From positions 128,304 to 192,303 of the forward strand of contig NW_015167096.1 of NCBI RefSeq assembly GCF_001447785.1: a DNA stretch of 64,000 nucleotides, in the 5' to 3' direction. A model generated the notes under the pieces. That model had not been told where the DNA came from and searched no databases. It worked only from the letters and a program-made list of their open reading frames with translations. This document shows positions 61,233 through 64,000 of the stretch, piece after piece. Position numbers and translations under genes: made by a program. The stretch is from Gekko japonicus (taxonomy: Eukaryota). Positions within the stretch are counted from its first letter, which is position 1, and every line of letters begins with the position of its first letter.

Positions 61233-61664
61233 AGCTGAAGCTCTATGGGATCTTTTTCTGAAATCTTGTAAAAGGATTAACTCTAAGTGAGAAGCACAAG
61301 TGTTATGTTTTTAATTGCAAGGGAGTCTCCATTTGGGCTGTCACCAGACATCATAAATCCACAAGCTTTTGTCACCATAGGTATTCTGTATCACTCAAAT
61401 TACTGCTTGAAGAAAGAGCAGAAAGGCCATCAGTCAGCAGCATGACTTCTCTGATATTAATTTTGCACTTGCAATGCAGCACTAGCCATGGATACAAAAA
61501 GGTATTTGTTCTGAAGGGTCTCCCCACCACCACCTTTTTGGTTGATAGTGACTGGTTCTGTTGTTGGCGATGCATATCTGAATGCTTATTACCATCCACA
61601 ATGTCAAGCTATAGTGGGTAGGTGCTGGGATGTTTATGTCTACCCATCCCCATCCAAACACATG

Positions 61665-62273
61665 GGGGAGTTTCACATTACCCAGTTTCACCCGGTTTCA
61701 AGACGGCAATCATCTGTTTTGAAATGAACCGGTACAGGGCTGCCATTTCACACAGGGCTTGCCCCTACCGGAAATGAGCCGGATCAGAAGCGGTTTGGCA
61801 TTTCAGACTTGCACTGCTTTGTTTTCCCGCCATTTACCTCCCGCGCGGGTGATCGGTTTTTTTAAAAAAACGTTCGATTTATAGCGCTATAGCAGTATAA
61901 CAAAACACTACATGCATTCCAATGGGAGGCAATTCCGTTATACCGTTATAGCATTATAGCGCTATAGCGCTATACCGCTATAAATCGAACGTTCAAAAAA
62001 AAAAACCAGCCGGAGATCGCCCGCGCAGGTGAAAAAAGGCAGGAAAAAAGCATATCGGAACCGGGAGAGGGCACTGGAGACCACTTGGAAGTGGATGACA
62101 GGTAAAACGCTTCAGTCCCGGTTCCTAAACAGGACTGAAGCGTTTGTGTATGAAATGGCAAATTGATTCCGGAAGGGAACCGGTTCTCAAATGGGTTCTG
62201 TCTGAAATGACAGACCAGAACCTGTTTGAGAACCAGTTCCCTTCCGGAATCTATCTCCTGTCTGAAATTCCCC
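61665..62273. mobile_element. PIF/Harbinger-like MITE with internal palindromes
   Basis: TIR ggggagtttcaca / tctgaaattcccc; 3-bp TSD atg; internal inverted repeat aacgttcgatttatagcg / cgctataaatcgaacgtt. Confidence 0.85.
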
Positions 62274-63509
62274 ATGATTTTTACTGATCTAAGAATGGAC
62301 TCATGGGCACCATTGCTTGCTTTTTTTAAAAAAACAATGTTCTTTCTATATGTGTACATAGCTTAACATCAGCTCATGTACATAGCTTAACATCAGCCCC
62401 TATTAACATCAGCAAATGGGAGGCAAACTGTGCATGCGCCAAGTCTGGAATGAATTATAAATTCTACATTAAAAAAACAAATCAAAGGAAAGACACAGTG
62501 CAACGTGAGGCTGAGCCAACCCGTGGAAGAATAAGGAAACAGAACTGGGGGAATCCATTCATCCATAAATTTAAAATAGAGCAGCTGCAAAATGTCTGTA
62601 AATTCAAGTCTTGACCTCGAACTGGTCATCTTAAAGGAATTACCTGAAATACAGTCCAATAGCATTTGGCTTAGGTTGCACAGAGTGAAACACCCATGCC
62701 CTCAAGCCCTATTGGCAATTTCAAAGATGTATTTTTGGACTCACGTATATGAAACTGGGAAACTTATTGCTGTGTCTTATTGTTAGCTAATTCAATCAGT
62801 TTAATTTTAGCTGAACACAGAGAAAATGTGCATAGTGTTCTAGAAATAATGGATATTCTGTGTTACTGTAACCCCAGCTCTGCATCCTGAATACGTTATG
62901 CAAATTAAACAAATTTGAACACATTTCCTTGACATCCAGAAATTGGCTTTGTGGCCAGTAGTGGCTGGGGTCTGGTGGCATCCAGACTAGAGTTTCTGTT
63001 AATGGAATGGGAGGTGTAATTTCCACCAGTTCCCCCTTCCTTCTGCATACTCCTAATTTGCTTCTTATGCCATTCCTAAGGGTCCTCTGTCCCCCAGGAG
63101 CAGCAGCAGTTCAGGAAGGTCAATGGGTTGCACTGGGTTCAGGGAAGGCCCAAATGTTCTTTTCTGCTGATAGAAAATGCCTTCTGTCAGCAGAAAATTT
63201 TGTCCAGATCCAGTCCAGAACTTGAAATTACTGGAAAACGTTATAAATTCCTCCTTTGGTCTCCTGAGATTTCTCCCTGCACTGCCTGCCCATTTCCAAA
63301 TTCATAAGGGCTAGCAACTTCCTTTGTAAAAAGGAAAATCAAAATTCTCTAGATGCTGAATTTGGTGTCCAATAACCCACTGCCTTATCAGACACTCAGA
63401 TTACTGCTAAGCCCCCCAGCAGGCAAATAAAACAAGCTCCTCACAGCCCCATTTTTTACTTCCCTGAAACTTGCAACATACAGATCACTTCTGTCATCCT
63501 CCCTGTAGT

Positions 63510-63771
63510 GGCCAGTTTGGTGTAGTGATTAAGTGCATGGACTCTAATCTGGGAGAACCGGGTTTGATTCCCCACTCCTCCACTCACAACTGTTGGATGA
63601 CCTTGGGCAGGTCATAGTTCTGTCAGAGATGTTCTTGAAATAGAGCAGTTTCTGTCAGAGCTCTCTCAGCCCCACCTACCTCACAGGGTGTCTGTTGTGG
63701 GGAGGGGAAGGGAAAGGAGTTTGTAAGCCACTCTGAGACTCCTTTGGGTAGTGAAGGGCAGGGTATAAATC
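63510..63771 (+). mobile_element. Squam3-type SINE (runs into the gap at 63772-63971)
   Basis: Homologue of 18518 and 49971. Confidence 0.92.
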
Positions 63772-64000
63772 NNNNNNNNNNNNNNNNNNNNNNNNNNNNN
63801 NNNNNNNNNNNNNNNNNNNNNNNNNNNNNNNNNNNNNNNNNNNNNNNNNNNNNNNNNNNNNNNNNNNNNNNNNNNNNNNNNNNNNNNNNNNNNNNNNNNN
63901 NNNNNNNNNNNNNNNNNNNNNNNNNNNNNNNNNNNNNNNNNNNNNNNNNNNNNNNNNNNNNNNNNNNNNNNAAACCAGCCTGTTTGCTGCTGTGACTGTC

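Overview
Vertebrate genomic DNA, almost certainly from a squamate and probably a gecko, inferred from the Squam3-type, Sauria and 5S-derived SINEs. It contains four N-gaps. I found no host protein-coding gene; the window reads as a gene desert or a large intron with several repeat-free, homeodomain/TALE-motif-rich blocks that may be conserved enhancers. The repeat content is: many hAT MITEs with perfect 8-bp target-site duplications (TSDs), PIF/Harbinger-like MITEs with 3-bp TSDs, a Helitron-like element, a probable solo LTR, L1/CR1/Rex1/RTE fragments and SINEs. The most notable observations are: (1) short fold-back Penelope-type insertions from three different sequence families (26310-26961, 41868-42165, 51251-51453) that share one geometry (10-15 bp TSD, long arm, inverted short arm) and carry hammerhead ribozyme cores; (2) a composite SINE with a tRNA head, an RTE/Sauria-type 5' motif, a CpG-rich body and an L2-type tail (22928-23580, relative at 45566-46005); (3) a 2-kb cargo-carrying hAT element with perfect TSDs (27108-29136); (4) a gap-spanning duplication whose two copies carry reciprocal deletions. 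Family names come from recall of motifs, not from database searches.
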